Below are positions 26,101-39,929 of a stretch of DNA of 64,000 nucleotides, one piece after another. This DNA is from Octopus bimaculoides (taxonomy: Eukaryota). Where the stretch lies: NCBI RefSeq assembly GCF_001194135.2, contig NC_068986.1:69626618-69690617 (forward strand), read 5' to 3'. The notes under the pieces were generated by a model, which did not search any database, had not been told where the DNA came from, and worked only from the letters and a program-made list of their open reading frames with translations. The position numbers were made by a program, and so were the translations under genes. Every line of letters starts with the position of its first letter. The first letter of the stretch is position 1.

Positions 26101-26951
26101 TTGATAGTTTCTCCCATTCGACACAACATTAAAAGACATTATCTGTTTAATGCTCTACCGAGCGCATATAAAGATCCAATCAGTCTTTCATTCATGCTGC
26201 ATCTGTAACTTACATTAAGTAGAGTATGCGTTATTTTTAGGACTGCATCGTTAGCTCAATATACATAAATTTTAAATATCACTGAGATACAACAGATTTT
26301 AGAAGAAATTCTTTGGACATCAATAATTTGTAGTCTCGTTTACTTCCATTGCTGAAAATAGTGTTCTTCACTACTTGACTCTTTCAAGCAATTAAAAGAA
26401 AACTTTAATTCCGTTTCTAATCTTTGCACAAGCTGGTCATTATCCGTATGAATATCCAAGATGTTCAACTGTCTCCAGAATGTATCTGTTCGCGAGCAAA
26501 ATTAGCTTAGGAAATGATACTCTTATTTTCTATCTATTTCTATATGCTTAAGCTATATTCTGCATTATCTACAAAACAGAAGATGATTGTTTCAGAATTC
26601 CTTGAATAAAATAAATTTCAAACGAATTATTGCATTTAAGTCATGTGAAAATATTTGTAGATGCAGGTCGTTTTCAGTTCTTATTTCTACATCCTAACAG
26701 TTGTTTTCGTAGAGTTGAGAAACATTCGCATCATAGCACTGAAAAGTTAGACACCGATCATGTGATATCAATGATGTACTTTATCCTCCCTGAATTTCAG
26801 AGCCGGTATTCGTGTCATAAACTGCTACTATATATACGTATAATACTATAAAGTTTGAATTGGTAAGAAGAGTCTTGATGTACGATTGTAGTCCTCTAAT
26901 ACAGGGGCTTATATTATTGCTTGTACACTTTATGCAAACACAGTTTGCATA

Positions 26952-27001
<50 letters not shown>

Positions 27002-27017
27002 GCATGTATATATATAA

Positions 27018-27070
<53 letters not shown>

Positions 27071-27280
27071 NNNNNNNNNNNNNNNNNNNNNNNNNNNNNN
27101 NNNNNNNNNNNNNNNNNNNNNNNNNNNNNNNNNNNNNNNNNNNNNNNNNNNNNNNNNNNNNNNNNNNNNNNNNNNNNNNNNNNNNNNNNNNNNNNNNNNN
27201 NNNNNNNNNNNNNNNNNNNNNNNNNNNNNNNNNNNNNNNNNNNNNNNNNNNNNNNNNNNNNNNNNNNNNNNNNNNNNNNN

Positions 27281-27340
<60 letters not shown>

Positions 27341-27860
27341 GCCGAGGAATAAAGACCAAGTGAGGGAATGAGAAAGGGAGAGAGGTCTAAAGTCAGAGAA
27401 CTAGCGGCATACGTATCGCGGAATTCAAACAGTTTCTTTGGAGACGAGACAATACACCATAAAACCTTTGGATTGGTTCCCAGCGCTATTGTTATCGTAT
27501 AGAATATAAACTGAAATATATATAAATATTTTACAACTTACTCAAGCAAACTAGTTATTTTATCTTGTGTGTCTTCAATGCACCCATATTCAATATGTGC
27601 ATATGTAACTTGATATGTATGTACGTATGTATGTATGTATGTATGTATGTATGTATGTATGTATGTATTATGTAGGCATGCATGAATGTATGTATGCATG
27701 TATGTATGTATATGTGCATGTATGTATTAGTGAGACATTGCACAACAGTCTAAAACGTACTGCAGTAATGAGTTTCTTATTTATTTAGAGAAGAAGCTAT
27801 CGTTTTTTTTCTAGTTCAATCTGTAAGAAGTGATTCATTGGTGTGTGTGTGAAAGAGGGT

Positions 27861-27906
<46 letters not shown>

Positions 27907-28044
27907 GACACAAAGCATGTGTATGTGTTTGTGAAAAAAGGGAAGGAGATAGAAGTAAACATCCACGTTGTTCAGTTCTTACACACTCGTGTATTGTGCG
28001 CGCTTGCACACACACGCGCGCGCGCGTATATTTGTCTTTTATTT

Positions 28045-28443
28045 ATTGCTTTTCCAGTCATTGGACTGCAGCCATGCTAGTGCACCGCCTTGAAAAATTG
28101 TTAATTGAATGAATCGACTCCAGTACTTGTATGTCTTTTGCTAATCTTGATACTTATTTCATCGGTTTCTGAATGCTGAATCGCTAGATTATTGGGGCGT
28201 AAACACACCGACTCCAGTTGTCAAACGGAGGTGGGGAACGAACACAGATACAAAGATATACACACACGCACACAATCACACACACATATAATTCGGGCTT
28301 CTTTCAGTTCCGTCTAACAAATCCACTCAAAAGCCTTTGGTCGACCTAAGGCTATATTAGAAGACACCAGCGCTATGTGGCACATAGTGGAACTGAACCT
28401 GGAGGCATGTGGTTGAGAAGCAAAATTCTTACGACACAGTCCC
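28045..28443 (-). mobile_element. SINE family B, full length, internal CA repeat
   Basis: Reverse complement of the family B head, body and tail. Confidence 0.8.
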
Positions 28444-28482
28444 ATAGATAAATAGATATAAATATACATATATACACATATA

Positions 28483-28678
28483 CGAGGGGTTGCTGGAAAG
28501 TTCCTGGTTGTAAGGCTATTGCGTAAGGTCTTGTCCGACTTCTGTTACAGGGCTTTGAAAAACTGAAGGACCGCTGTAATGAGTGCGTGAATCTCAGAGA
28601 GAAATATGTTGAATAAAATCATAATTAACTGATCTTTCTGTACTGTCTTCTACCCAAAGCCAGGAACTTTTCAGCAAC
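28483..28678 (+). mobile_element. mariner-derived MITE
   Basis: TA|CGAGGGGTTGCTGGAAAGTTCCTGGTT ... AAGCCAGGAACTTTTCAGCAAC inverted termini (right end truncated into CA repeat); internal GFEKLKDRCNECVNLREKYVE* = mariner transposase C-terminus. Confidence 0.8.
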
Positions 28679-28763
28679 ACACACACACACACACACACAC
28701 AGACACACACACAGAGGCACGACACCCACACACCCACAAATATTTACATATATATATGTGAAA

Positions 28764-28918
28764 GGCGCAGGAGTATCTGTTTAGCAAGAAGCTTCCTTTT
28801 CAGTCACATGGGAGTTGAGTCCTACTGCGTGGCACCTTGGGTTAGTGTCTTCTACTATAGGGTCGGGCTGACCAAGGCTTTGTGAGTGGGTTTGTTAGAA
28901 ACTGAAAGAAGCCCGTCG

Positions 28919-28955
<37 letters not shown>

Positions 28956-28957
28956 AT
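28764..28957 (+). mobile_element. SINE family B 5' half running into (TA)n and a gap
   Basis: GGCGCAGGAG..CTGCGTGGCACCTTGGG..ACTGAAAGAAGCCCGTCGTATATA. Confidence 0.8.
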
Positions 28958-29685
28958 NNNNNNNNNNNNNNNNNNNNNNNNNNNNNNNNNNNNNNNNNNN
29001 NNNNNNNNNNNNNNNNNNNNNNNNNNNNNNNNNNNNNNNNNNNNNNNNNNNNNNNNNNNNNNNNNNNNNNNNNNNNNNNNNNNNNNNNNNNNNNNNNNNN
29101 NNNNNNNNNNNNNNNNNNNNNNNNNNNNNNNNNNNNNNNNNNNNNNNNNNNNNNNNNNNNNNNNNNNNNNNNNNNNNNNNNNNNNNNNNNNNNNNNNNNN
29201 NNNNNNNNNNNNNNNNNNNNNNNNNNNNNNNNNNNNNNNNNNNNNNNNNNNNNNNNNNNNNNNNNNNNNNNNNNNNNNNNNNNNNNNNNNNNNNNNNNNN
29301 NNNNNNNNNNNNNNNNNNNNNNNNNNNNNNNNNNNNNNNNNNNNNNNNNNNNNNNNNNNNNNNNNNNNNNNNNNNNNNNNNNNNNNNNNNNNNNNNNNNN
29401 NNNNNNNNNNNNNNNNNNNNNNNNNNNNNNNNNNNNNNNNNNNNNNNNNNNNNNNNNNNNNNNNNNNNNNNNNNNNNNNNNNNNNNNNNNNNNNNNNNNN
29501 NNNNNNNNNNNNNNNNNNNNNNNNNNNNNNNNNNNNNNNNNNNNNNNNNNNNNNNNNNNNNNNNNNNNNNNNNNNNNNNNNNNNNNNNNNNNNNNNNNNN
29601 NNNNNNNNNNNNNNNNNNNNNNNNNNNNNNNNNNNNNNNNNNNNNNNNNNNNNNNATATATACCCTGTATCTCTCTCTCTCTCTC

Positions 29686-29732
<47 letters not shown>

Positions 29733-30702
29733 CATTTATTGTGGAATTTAAATTTAACTGCCGCGCTATGGAACTTTATGAATTGTAAATAACATTCTGT
29801 GGTTACCATGCCAACGGCTTGCCAGCAGAAACAATAACATCACCATAACAGCTAAAAATCACTGCCGCTACTAATATTTGCTCTCCACCAGCACCACCAG
29901 TACCACCACCAACACTACCACCATCACCACCTCCACCACCACTACCTATCACTATCGTCATCGCTAACTTTAATATGAACATTATTATCGTTATTATTGT
30001 CATAAACAGCCACATCCACTGCAAAATATAGTGTTTTGCATTTATTGTGATTGGAGGATATCCAAGCAAAACCACGTTATGTATTATAAATGTAATCGAA
30101 ATTATGAAAAGTTTAAAAAAATATATACGAAAAAGCTTAGCTTCGAAATGGAGGTAGTGAAGAGGTGAGCTACAAATATAATCATAGTTTTTTTTTTTTT
30201 AATCGATAGAAAAAATAATAAATCATTGATGTATGAAAAATTCATCAATTAATTATTATTTTTGTGAAAAACATTATTCTGAAAAAGCTGTCTACCATTA
30301 TTAATTGAAATACTCATCAATAAAAACAAATGTATTTATCCATTTTAGAAAATGGATGACGATCAAGCGATTAATTAGTAACTTCCTTTTCCGGAAATGA
30401 TAATCATTTTGATTATATTGAAGGTCACTCTTGCAGAGGCTAAACGTTTCTTCATCTGAATTCACGAGGTGATGTGCTTAAACTACTGTGAACTGACTTG
30501 AGCATGGTTAAGCAATCTGTGGTTTATAATACTTGGCTCTTTTCTCGCCTAGTTTGGGATTGTATCATTATGCCTAAGCGTCATCTTAATAAATAGACTT
30601 CTGTTTATTGGGGATGGTCACTAAGATGAAATCGCTCGCAAAAGACATGTACGTACATCCACGCACATATATGGGTAAATGTTTATGTGAGTCTATGTGT
30701 AT

Positions 30703-30804
30703 GTAGCTAGCCTCAGGCCGACCAAAGCCTTGTGAGTGAATTTGGTAGACGGAAACTGAAAGAAACCCATTGTATATACATGTGTGTGCGTGTGTGTATG
30801 TGTG

Positions 30805-30868
<64 letters not shown>

Positions 30869-31080
30869 TTTGTGTCTGTGTTTGTCACCAGCCACCGCTT
30901 GACAACCGGTGACGGTGCGTTTGCGATCCCGTAACCTAGCGGTTCGGCTAAAGAGACCGATAAAATAAATAACAGGCTTAAAAATTAAGTACTGCGGTTG
31001 ATTAATTCGACTAAAAATTCATGGCACTGCCCCAGCATGTCTCCAGTCTAATGACTGAAATAAGTAAAAGTTAAGAGATG
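30703..31080 (+). mobile_element. SINE family B, 5'-truncated, internal (TG)n
   Basis: GGCCGACCAAAGCCTTGTGAGTG..(TG)n..GCTTGACAACCGG..AATGACTGAAA. Confidence 0.8.
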
Positions 31081-31898
31081 AAAGATATATGTCTGCAGTT
31101 ATACGTGCATGTGTGTATCTATGTATATATCACGATCAAGGATAACACTAGTCAATATTTATCAAACCCAAGTGTAGGGATGGCATCCATAAATCCCAGA
31201 TAATAGCATTTTCGGTGTAATGCTGAAGTGTTAAAGGTATTTTTTTAGAAAAGCTTGAAACAAATTAGTCAATATTATCGATTTCAATTTTTTAAAAATG
31301 TTTAAATTTACAAAACTAATATGCATACTATTAGCTTGTTCCTAATTCTAAAGATGTACTTACTTCTTTAGAAGTAGGTTCAAGCTAAAATTATCCAGAA
31401 GCTGTCTTTTCAAATATTAGGTTTAGAGTCATTTTTGAGATTTGTATAATTCGTATAAGAATTGGCAGAGTGCCTAGGTAGACGATTTACAGTATCTAGT
31501 TTGAAGCTACACTCTTCTGAGTTAACAATTCAGAAATCAATAAAATAAACGTAGGAATATATTGAAGTCAATGCAGTTATGTATAAACCGTCCTAATTCC
31601 CTCACAAAACCTTTTGATGTAAACTGAAAATATTATTGTTTCAAAAAGAAAATTACTACTACTTTTTCTCTAATGGCTCAGCATCATCAATGAATTTTTC
31701 CTCTAACTGTGACTACTTAATCTCGTCTATAACTCTTCCATTAATATAAGCTACAGTCAAATGTTTCGCACAGTGCGAAACATGCCTCTAGAGTACGCAT
31801 TCATAATCATTCAGTTGATAGGTGTCCATTTAACCATTGCATATTTATGATGCTCTTGGAATTATGCCTTATTAAAGAGTTTGAAATATTTAAATCAG

Positions 31899-31950
<52 letters not shown>

Positions 31951-31991
31951 TACCTAGTTGAATGATATTGTCCAGGTGTCTAAGTAATAAT

Positions 31992-32200
31992 TCTTTCTCT
32001 TATAGGCACAAGGCATGAAAATTTGTGGGAGGGTGCTAGTCGATTATATTGACCCCAGTGCTCAATGTTACATTTTATCGATATTGAAAGGATGAAAGTG
32101 GAAGTCGATCTCGGTGGAATTGAACTCAAAACGTGCAGACGGACGAAATGCCGTTAAGTATTTTGCCCGTCATGCTAAAGTTTCTGCCACTTAGCGTCTT
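31992..32200 (-). mobile_element. SINE family A copy (downstream member of tandem pair)
   Basis: Reverse complement of family A over ~200 bp. Confidence 0.8.
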
Positions 32201-32218
32201 AGTTGTCGAAGCAATAAC

Positions 32219-32432
32219 CCTTTCTATTATAGGCCCAAAGCCGTTAAGTTCCGGGGAGGGTGTAAGTCGATTACATCTATCGCAGTGCTCAACTGATACT
32301 TATTTTATCGACACCGAAAGGGTGAAAGGCAAAGTCAACCTCAGCAGATTTTGAACTCAGAGCATATAGACGGATGAAATGCCACTAAGCATTTTGCCTG
32401 GCGTGCTAACGATTCTGCCAGCTCACCGTCCT
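32219..32432 (-). mobile_element. SINE family A copy (upstream member of tandem pair)
   Basis: Reverse complement of family A incl. GCTAACGATTCTGCCAGCTC head. Confidence 0.8.
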
Positions 32433-32667
32433 AGGTGTCGAAGTAATAATAATATATGTTTGGCAACTGATAATGGTGTTGGTGTATTCGTCCAATGTGC
32501 TTGTTGATTGATTGTGAATCTTTTGTGTCTTGTGTGTTCTCATGGTTCTGAGTTGTTCTTCATTGAAACTGTAGTTCCCGTAGAGTTGAAAGCATTATAA
32601 TATCAATAAATTTTTTCGGCGCCCTATTTCCAGTAACCACAAGCAATCTACTTATACACACATGCAT

Positions 32668-32763
<96 letters not shown>

Positions 32764-32793
32764 GCACATATATATACATATATATATATATAG

Positions 32794-32949
32794 GACAGAC
32801 TTCGTTCAGTTTCTGTCTAACAAATCCACTCACAAAGCCTTGGTCGACCTGAGGCTATAGTAGAAGACACTAACCCAAGGTGCCACGCAGTAGGACTGAA
32901 CCCATGTGACTGAAAAGCAAGCTTCTTACTACACAGCTACGCCTGCGTC
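32794..32949 (-). mobile_element. SINE family B 5' half
   Basis: TTCAGTTTC..CTCACAAAGC..GGTGCCACGCAG..GCTTCTTACTACACAGC; abuts long (CA)n. Confidence 0.8.
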
Positions 32950-33091
32950 TTTCACATGTGTGTGTGTGTGTGTGTGTTTGTGTGTGTGTGTCTGTGTGTG
33001 TACGCCTGCGTATACACATATACGTAAATATACGCGCAGAAATATGCACATTTGAATGTACATATGTTTATATTTGTGTATACATATTTAA

Positions 33092-33152
<61 letters not shown>

Positions 33153-34090
33153 GATGTATGCATGTATGTATGTATGTATGTAATTGTATGTAGAACTCTT
33201 TCTGTAATTAAGTTGTTCCTTACATTTCGTTTCTTCTAGTATACGACTTCACAAAGGAAATTACAATATCAAGTACAATAAAATCTATCATTCGTTACAA
33301 ACAAGATGTGTAGCCGAAAGAGGGTAAGACAATGGGGTGAGGCTAAGAGGAAACTAGAATACAGTGGAATGAGTTACATAGAGGAAATAAATATAAGGAA
33401 CTCACACTATGTAGATATTGCAGAAGGAAGAATATTAACAAAACAATGCAATTTCCGTTGACAGAGAACGTCTGCAGTTACGTTGTCATTTCATATTTAC
33501 ACATTTTCACGTGTTTTCTTCCCGGATAATATTCAGAAGCAGAGATTCATTGATACACAGATATATGCGTGGTACATTTATAAATACATATATACATACA
33601 CATAAATACACATAAATCTACGTTTGTATACGTATGTGTGTGTGTACATATATAAATGCATGTATACACACACATAAGTATTTGCTTGGGCCTTTATACC
33701 CTTGACGGACTTGCAGGGACACCGTCGTGTCACTCGTCGTTTATATTGTACATTTATTTTCGGTGGAGCCCAACCCTTTCAGGACTGCTTACAACACTTC
33801 TTCTAGGGGAGAGGAGTCACAGATAGAATAAATGAATAAGGAAAAGTGAAGAACGCACCCCAAGAAAAAGACATCGCCAAGATTTGTACACAAAGCATAG
33901 TAGCCGCAATGAGAGCATAGAGAGATATCTATCCGATGCCTTATCGAAGAAGTTTAGGAAAGTTAACGACCAACATGATACAATTTACGAACAGATATAA
34001 TTTATAGCAGCGAGTCATTTACACACGGAGTGTGTGTGTGTGTGTGTATGTATGTGCATATGTATACATGCATGAATGTATTAACTGTTG

Positions 34091-34158
<68 letters not shown>

Positions 34159-34702
34159 AGTGTGCATCTGCATTGGCCACGTGATCACATTAGTCATCTA
34201 AATGATGGGGCATGCATTTCAACATCGACATCTTCATATTCTTAGTAATTCTCTAGTTCTAGTGTTGCAGCAGTTGTAAGCCGATTAAAATACATTGAAC
34301 ATGCAACGATATTTTAATTATCCGAGGATTTAAGGTTTATCTCATATTAACTTTGTCATTATTAAGGGACTGTTTACGTTACTAAATACTCTAGGTTACG
34401 TGGAAACAAATGAAAATATTAAATCTCTTTTAATAGTGTTTTCAAAGCCTTTACAATAATTTTTAAAATCTTAACTAAATTCTATCATGTTTCTAATTGT
34501 AACAAAAAGTTGCCTGATGATTGAAGTCACTAAAGAAGAAAAAACAAACAAACGAAACAGTATAAATCTTAATGGAATTTTCATGTGTCTAGCATTTTAA
34601 GCTGGAAGACTTGTCGAAGATCTAGTTTTTATTATGAATGGACTCACTTGTCAAAGACGACAAATGAGGGTTCCACAGTTTTTTGCTGTACGTCCTCCAC
34701 AG

Positions 34703-34840
34703 ATGATTTGTTAATCTACTCAAAAGGCTTTGGTCGGCCTGATGCTATAATAGAAAACAATTTTGCCCGAGGTGCCACGCAGTGAGGCTGAACCGGGAAC
34801 CATGAGATTGGGAAGCAAGCTTCTTACCTCACAGCCATGT
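34703..34840 (-). mobile_element. SINE family B 5' half
   Basis: GCTTTGGTCGGCC..GGTGCCACGCAG..GCAAGCTTCTTACC.CACAGCC. Confidence 0.8.
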
Positions 34841-35714
34841 ATAGATTTATAGATGTTATTTTCATTGATATAAGCATTATCAATAAAATGAAATAGTTTC
34901 ACTTAAAATTGAACTAAATTGTCAATTCGACTCAGCAGGGACCGTTACACGCCTTCCAATCAAGTATCCGAAATATTTTAACTGCCTTCCAGAAGCTACA
35001 TATATTTCCTTCTGAATACTTCAAATATAATAATATTCTCATTTCTTCAATTTAGAAAGATAATGAACAGCCTTAAGCTGCAGAGGTAGTAGTGTATGCA
35101 TACGAGAATAAGATGATGACCCTTTGGTGAAGAATTCACCTTCTCATAGACTTACAGACTACTGATAGCTCATGTTCAAACCATATTCTGATGCACATTT
35201 AAGCAAAACCAATTAAAACAAAGCGAATTTAAGGTAGCTGATGATAAATCACTTAACACTGAAACAGAAATAGAATAATATAGTTTACAGGTGTAGTATT
35301 ATTTAATTTTCTGTGGAAGATGCATTAGATTATAGTTATATTTCTGAATGTGTAATGGTTGACATTAAAATGTATATCTTGTTGTCTCCTGAAGGAGAGT
35401 GTACAATAAATAAATACAATTATAAAGGGCAAAATTTGATATTAAATAGCTTCGACATCCGCTCTGGAAAGACTGAAATGAAACAGAAGTCTTGGGGTAA
35501 ACTTTGCTTTAAATAGTTTTCTTGAACACAAATGATACCTATAGCGATATTGGAAAAACATGTATAGGTACATTAAAGGAAACTAATATAATCAAATTTA
35601 ATAATGAAATACATCTGAACAAATAAGGAAATTTTATACATGAATCTTTTTGTGTTTTTGTTTATTTTTACGGAATTTCTATTAAGATATTTCTTCATCT
35701 ACAAGATCATATTT

Positions 35715-35933
35715 TAATGTTGGTTTCAAATTTTGGCACAATGCCAGCAATTTTAGGGTAGGAGTTAGTCGATTACATGGACCCCAATGATCAGCTATTA
35801 ATTTTGTATCGATCTCGAAAGGACGACAGGCAAAGTCGTCAGCAGTGGTATTTGAGGTCAGATTGTAAAAATGGACGAAATACTGCTAAGCATTTCATCC
35901 AACTTGCAAACGTTTCTACCAGCTCGCTGCCTT
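35715..35933 (-). mobile_element. SINE family A with 12-bp TSD
   Basis: Family A reverse complement flanked by AAGATCATATTT at 35703-14 and 35934-45. Confidence 0.85.
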
Positions 35934-36397
35934 AAGATCATATTTAGAATTGCGTGTGCTTCGGTGACGCAGTACGCTAGATATCCCCATATAGCAACCT
36001 TGCGACAAAACTTGATTTACTTCAAAACGATACCATAATATCGAAACGACAAATATCTCCATCAAAATATTAGACTGCCAATATCCGAATACGTTTTGAC
36101 AAACAATAATTCCCTAGTCAGATAGTGAGATATGGCGTTGCAAAACACAGCTTAAAATCTACTTCAGATTTTGCAATAAGTTAGATAAATCCTGGGTCAA
36201 TAATAGCTAAAATTTATCATAAATTTCAGACACATACACACACGCACAAGCACATTTATACATGTAAATATATAACTTATATAACATATTCCAAAAGTGC
36301 TATGCAATGATCGTAGTAAAATATTAGAATGATTTAAACAGCTGTAGGAATGAATATTTTGACATGTCACAATGTGTGTGTGTGTACGTACGTATGC

Positions 36398-36432
<35 letters not shown>

Positions 36433-36436
36433 CACA

Positions 36437-36500
<64 letters not shown>

Positions 36501-37842
36501 CCATCTTCGGTCACTAGATGTCCTTTTTAATTACTGATATGACATAATATGTCACATGTGTTTGTGTATTATTTTTATTGTCCTCTTAGTTCAAAAATAA
36601 ACAGGTAAAATGACATAATACAATGTCAGCAAGTTGATGAATACCATATATTCCCCTCCATTTTCTTATTACTATACAAATTAAGGGTAAAATATCCTTT
36701 TACCCGCACCCATTTATTGCACTTGGTAAAAACACCAGTGTAATAATAATTGGGTATCCTTCTGGCAGTATATTGGATAGATATTATCCCTTAGTGGGTT
36801 GGATTCACAACCCCTAACTTTCTTGGATATACAAAGATATCTATATGTATATACGCGTATATGCATACATGGCACATGGCTAAGTAGTTAACTTCATAAC
36901 CATATGGTTCGAGGTTAGATCTGAGGGTGCGGATCCATGAACATGTCTTTGTGTCATCAAATTTAGCTGTCCGGAATTGATAAGCTAGCTACACACATGC
37001 TCGCACACACGCACACCTACGCGCACGCATAGCAATGCATTGCGCAGTAGCATCATCCAAGAAATCCAACGCATTTTTTACATCTGTTATTATGGACTTT
37101 TGTTTCCTAAAACTTGTACCGTGACAAAATGAAAATGCTTGCTTTAGTCTTAAATCCATATTCCAATTACCCATTTCCAATGAATGCTAATGTCATCGCG
37201 ATGCGTCATTAGTTATATGTAGCAAGAACGCAGACGTAGAAGCTTTCAGAAATATGCAAATAAGCGTTTATTAACAATGTCTGTAGGCGAAACCAGCTAT
37301 GAATAATAGCTTTACGCCACATTAGGTTAAAACCGCTCGGATGGAGAAAATGACGAAAAGCTGCCTGTGGGATTCGAACCAGGCACTTTCTGTAACTTGC
37401 TGAGAGCATTCCGACTCCTAATCATCCAAAGTTTTTAACTCAATGTTTTATAAGCTATTATTTATGTCTGAATTCGCCTCAAGACACATCGTTAATAAAG
37501 ACTTATTTTGTTATTTGTATGTAACCCAGTAGGATTCAACCAGGAGGATCCTGGGATGAATAAATTAGATCAATGTTTGTCTCATTGTTTGTACACAACA
37601 ACAAACTTCTTCCTGATATGTTGTCTACATGAAATCAATCATATACAGCCATCAAATAATGGATTATATATTAATAGCTGCTGTCTTTTTACAACTTAAT
37701 ATTCATTCGTGTATAGGTGTGTGTGTGCATGTGTGTTTGCATACAAGAGTGTGTGTGTGTGTGTGTGTCCATATATTTACATACGTATATATACATTTGT
37801 ATGTGTACATAAAAATTTATGCATATATATATATAGAGAGAG

Positions 37843-37915
<73 letters not shown>

Positions 37916-38496
37916 CGTGGGTGAGAGACAAGGAGAGAAAGATAGAGAAAATACAAATAATACATTTAAGTACAAACTTCATACATCAATTCGTATATTC
38001 ACACACTTGATCATATAGATTTCTTTAAGCATGGAAGTCAAGTGGTATTCTGCCGTTGAGACAAGAAAATGAATGTGCCTAGTTCCGGAGATATTTGCTT
38101 ATATCACGTTTGCGCCCAAAACTTTAATATTTACGTGTCTGAGAATTCTAACTTTGATTGTAGTATAGTCTGCAAGGGAACTACATTATTCTTGCCATTT
38201 TCTCAGGCAAAATCGCTTGAACGTGCCTTCTTACTATATAAAATTTTCTCTGAACAACCATTGCAAGGCCTGAAGTGCATTCTATCAGAGCGAGTCACTC
38301 GCAGCACATGCAAAACTACGGATTCAAACTGCTAATAAGTCGCCAACCAGTCTGTACATGACTGGTTTGATTAATGAGCAACCGTCCTCTCCCTTTTTTG
38401 TCAATCAAATCACTACAGAAAAGATCATATTTCGTTTTGTAGTAACCTGGCCATATGAGTATGTTGGAACTGGTTTTGAGAAGTAAGCGAGGATGC

Positions 38497-38585
<89 letters not shown>

Positions 38586-39018
38586 TGAGAGAGAGAGAGA
38601 GAGAAAGGGAGAGAGGAGAAAGAGAGAGAGGAGTGAGAGAGAATCTCTTTAATTGAGACTACTTGAACACATGAATACGTTTCTATGGGATGAGGCCTTT
38701 CATTGGTCAGTGTGTGTGTCCTTGAGTGCACGCGCGCGCGCGTACGTGTGTGAGTGTGTGTGTATGTCCGTGTGCTCGTGCGAGTATTTGCGCGAGACAG
38801 TGTGCGGATGTGTGCGTTTTTCCATTTGTATACAAATAGATGAAAATATACATGAGTAAGCACACGTGCATATCAGTGAATGTATAATTTTGAAATGTGT
38901 ATCTGTTAGTAAATACACACACACGTACACATACACAAACACACACGCACACAAACACAGAAAGAAAGAGAGAGAGAGAGAGAGAGATGTATATGTGTAT
39001 ATATAGAATATATGTATG

Positions 39019-39060
<42 letters not shown>

Positions 39061-39929
39061 CAAACAAACATATATGTTCGTGTATACAGTGAGTTGTTGA
39101 GAGTTAAATAACCACCTTATAGATAACACAGAATAGTGCTCAGATATATTTGAGCTTAAATTCTGACTCCTTCATCCAGGCTAATGCAACAAGAGTGACT
39201 ATAAAGAAATCGAAATTGGTCTGTAATGGAGGTACTAAGGTAGATAAACAGCTAGGCTTGGTATATATATATTTACATGGATCACAGTAAATAGAGAATA
39301 AAAATGAAAATAAAAGATATATAGAGGGAAATTATGTAATTTCTTATCTCGATCGCTGTTTCAAGAAGCCAAGTGTTACGTGTGTTATGTAATAACTATA
39401 AATTATGGATGATACGTGCCTATTGTCATATGCCAGTGACCAGTCTGGAGAAAATTGACAAATGCTAATCATTTAATAGTGCTTACACATCTAAAATGTT
39501 GAAGGGAGAGATGAAGCAGAGCAAAATAGTGCGAAAGGAGTTAGTTCAGATACAAAATAAGAGGAAGAACAATAGCGCCCCCCCCCCCAAAAAAAAAGAG
39601 AAAAAAGATAGAGAAGACAAGGTTAAATACCAGCCTACTGAAAGCGTACTTTGTGGATAGTCATTGTGGTCGTTCACAGACAATGCAGCAGTTAAGAATG
39701 TCAGAAGCTCAGACAAAGACGTAGAAGAGAAATAAGCTTTGAGGTAAAAGAGTGGGAGTAGAAGAGAAGGAAGGTATGTTGACAAGAAAAGAAATTATAA
39801 TATTTTGATATTTACATAAAGGGCAAAGGTATTACATCACGACGAGGAGAAATTATCCTGATTTTACATAATGAGCAAATGTGCATTAATATTTATGTCT
39901 GCAGGAGAAGATTGTATCAAAGAGTCTAC

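Noticed and set aside
29803-30075. Gly-rich ORF and the poly-Ser/Pro ORF at 46475-46837
   Set aside because: Cryptic (CCA)n and (GAA)n simple repeats.
31974-32450. CRISPR-like reading of the repeat-spacer pattern
   Set aside because: Spacers are ~200-bp SINEs in a eukaryotic genome and there are no cas genes; kept only as a TSD/SINE array.
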